From a bacterium CG10_46_32 (GTDB lineage: Bacteria > Patescibacteriota > Patescibacteriia > UBA2169), in assembly GCA_001889965.1 (NCBI GenBank), contig MOEI01000028.1, positions 1-63,724 of the forward strand: a DNA stretch of 63,724 nucleotides. The letters run 5' to 3'. Below, in pieces: positions 63,608-63,724 of the stretch (the first letter of the stretch is position 1; every line of letters starts with the position of its first letter). A program made the translations under genes and the position numbers. The notes under the pieces are model-generated. The model saw only the letters and a list, made by a program, of their open reading frames with translations. It searched no databases and was not told where the DNA came from.

Positions 63608-63641
63608 ATTAATTTAGGCTAGAATTAGCCCTGTTAAGACA

Positions 63642-63724
63642 CTGTTTTCTAGTCAATAGCTTGTAATCACTTCCAGTGGTGTTTTCATGTTAAGCCCCAT
63701 GTGCGGTCTCTCAGTATTGTAGTA
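63642..63724 (-). mobile_element. Second copy of the same IS terminus, inverted (transposase 3' end on the minus strand)
   Basis: Exact reverse complement of 17..99. The minus-strand frame 63653..63724 reads YYNTERPHMGLNMKTPLEVITSY-stop. Confidence 0.75.

Noticed and set aside
1-63724. Interpretation of the window as a genuine composite transposon or a linear element with terminal inverted repeats
   Set aside because: The cargo is full of single-copy core genes (murA, pyrG, dnaX, rplI, rpmA, rnpB, recJ, tRNA-Gln). The terminal repeats are transposase 3' ends rather than telomere-like sequence. Two chromosomal IS copies, or an assembly break at a repeat, is the more economical explanation.
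1-63724. CRISPR arrays, and alternative genetic code (UGA or UAG reassignment, as in some CPR lineages)
   Set aside because: No regularly spaced direct repeats were seen. The repeats found are palindromic, dispersed and few. Long conserved genes terminate normally at TGA, TAA and TAG (for example rmlB at TGA, dnaX at TAG), and none needs read-through.

Overview
This is a gene-dense, mostly plus-strand bacterial segment. Its content and compaction (overlapping start/stop codons, DUF4012, DUF2304, DUF5654, many small membrane proteins) look like a Patescibacteria/CPR-type genome; that assignment is inference. It uses the standard genetic code. There is no rRNA, CRISPR array, phage module or integrase. 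Two envelope-glycan loci dominate. Locus 1 (134..22140) has an O-antigen-ligase-like protein, an S8 protease, UDP-GlcA/UDP-Xyl/UDP-Gal genes, GT2/GT4 transferases, a GT2 plus DUF2304 pair, a large polytopic membrane protein and a complete rmlCBDA set. Locus 2 (55864..63519) has a WbaP-like priming transferase, three tandem GT4 paralogues and DUF4012. Housekeeping genes lie between them: murA, rplI, pyrG, rpmA, dnaX, tRNA-Gln, tag, rarA, dtd, gpsA, recJ, rnhA, rnpB, corA. The same stretch holds a VirD4-like ATPase trio, an AbrB/Doc toxin-antitoxin pair, an ECF sigma module and a GldA/F/G-like ABC system. The most unusual signals are in repetitive DNA. (1) GTCAT...ATGAC palindromic elements sit in frame inside rmlD, a GT2 gene and a large membrane-protein gene, resembling Rickettsia RPEs. 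(2) A second, roughly 85-nt hairpin-forming repeat family has three copies that keep their stem pairing with different sequences. (3) The window ends in an 83-bp perfect inverted repeat made of two IS transposase 3' ends. (4) A 95-nt extended hairpin follows dtd. Coordinates of non-ORF features were counted by eye against ORF-track frames and may be off by 1-2 nt.
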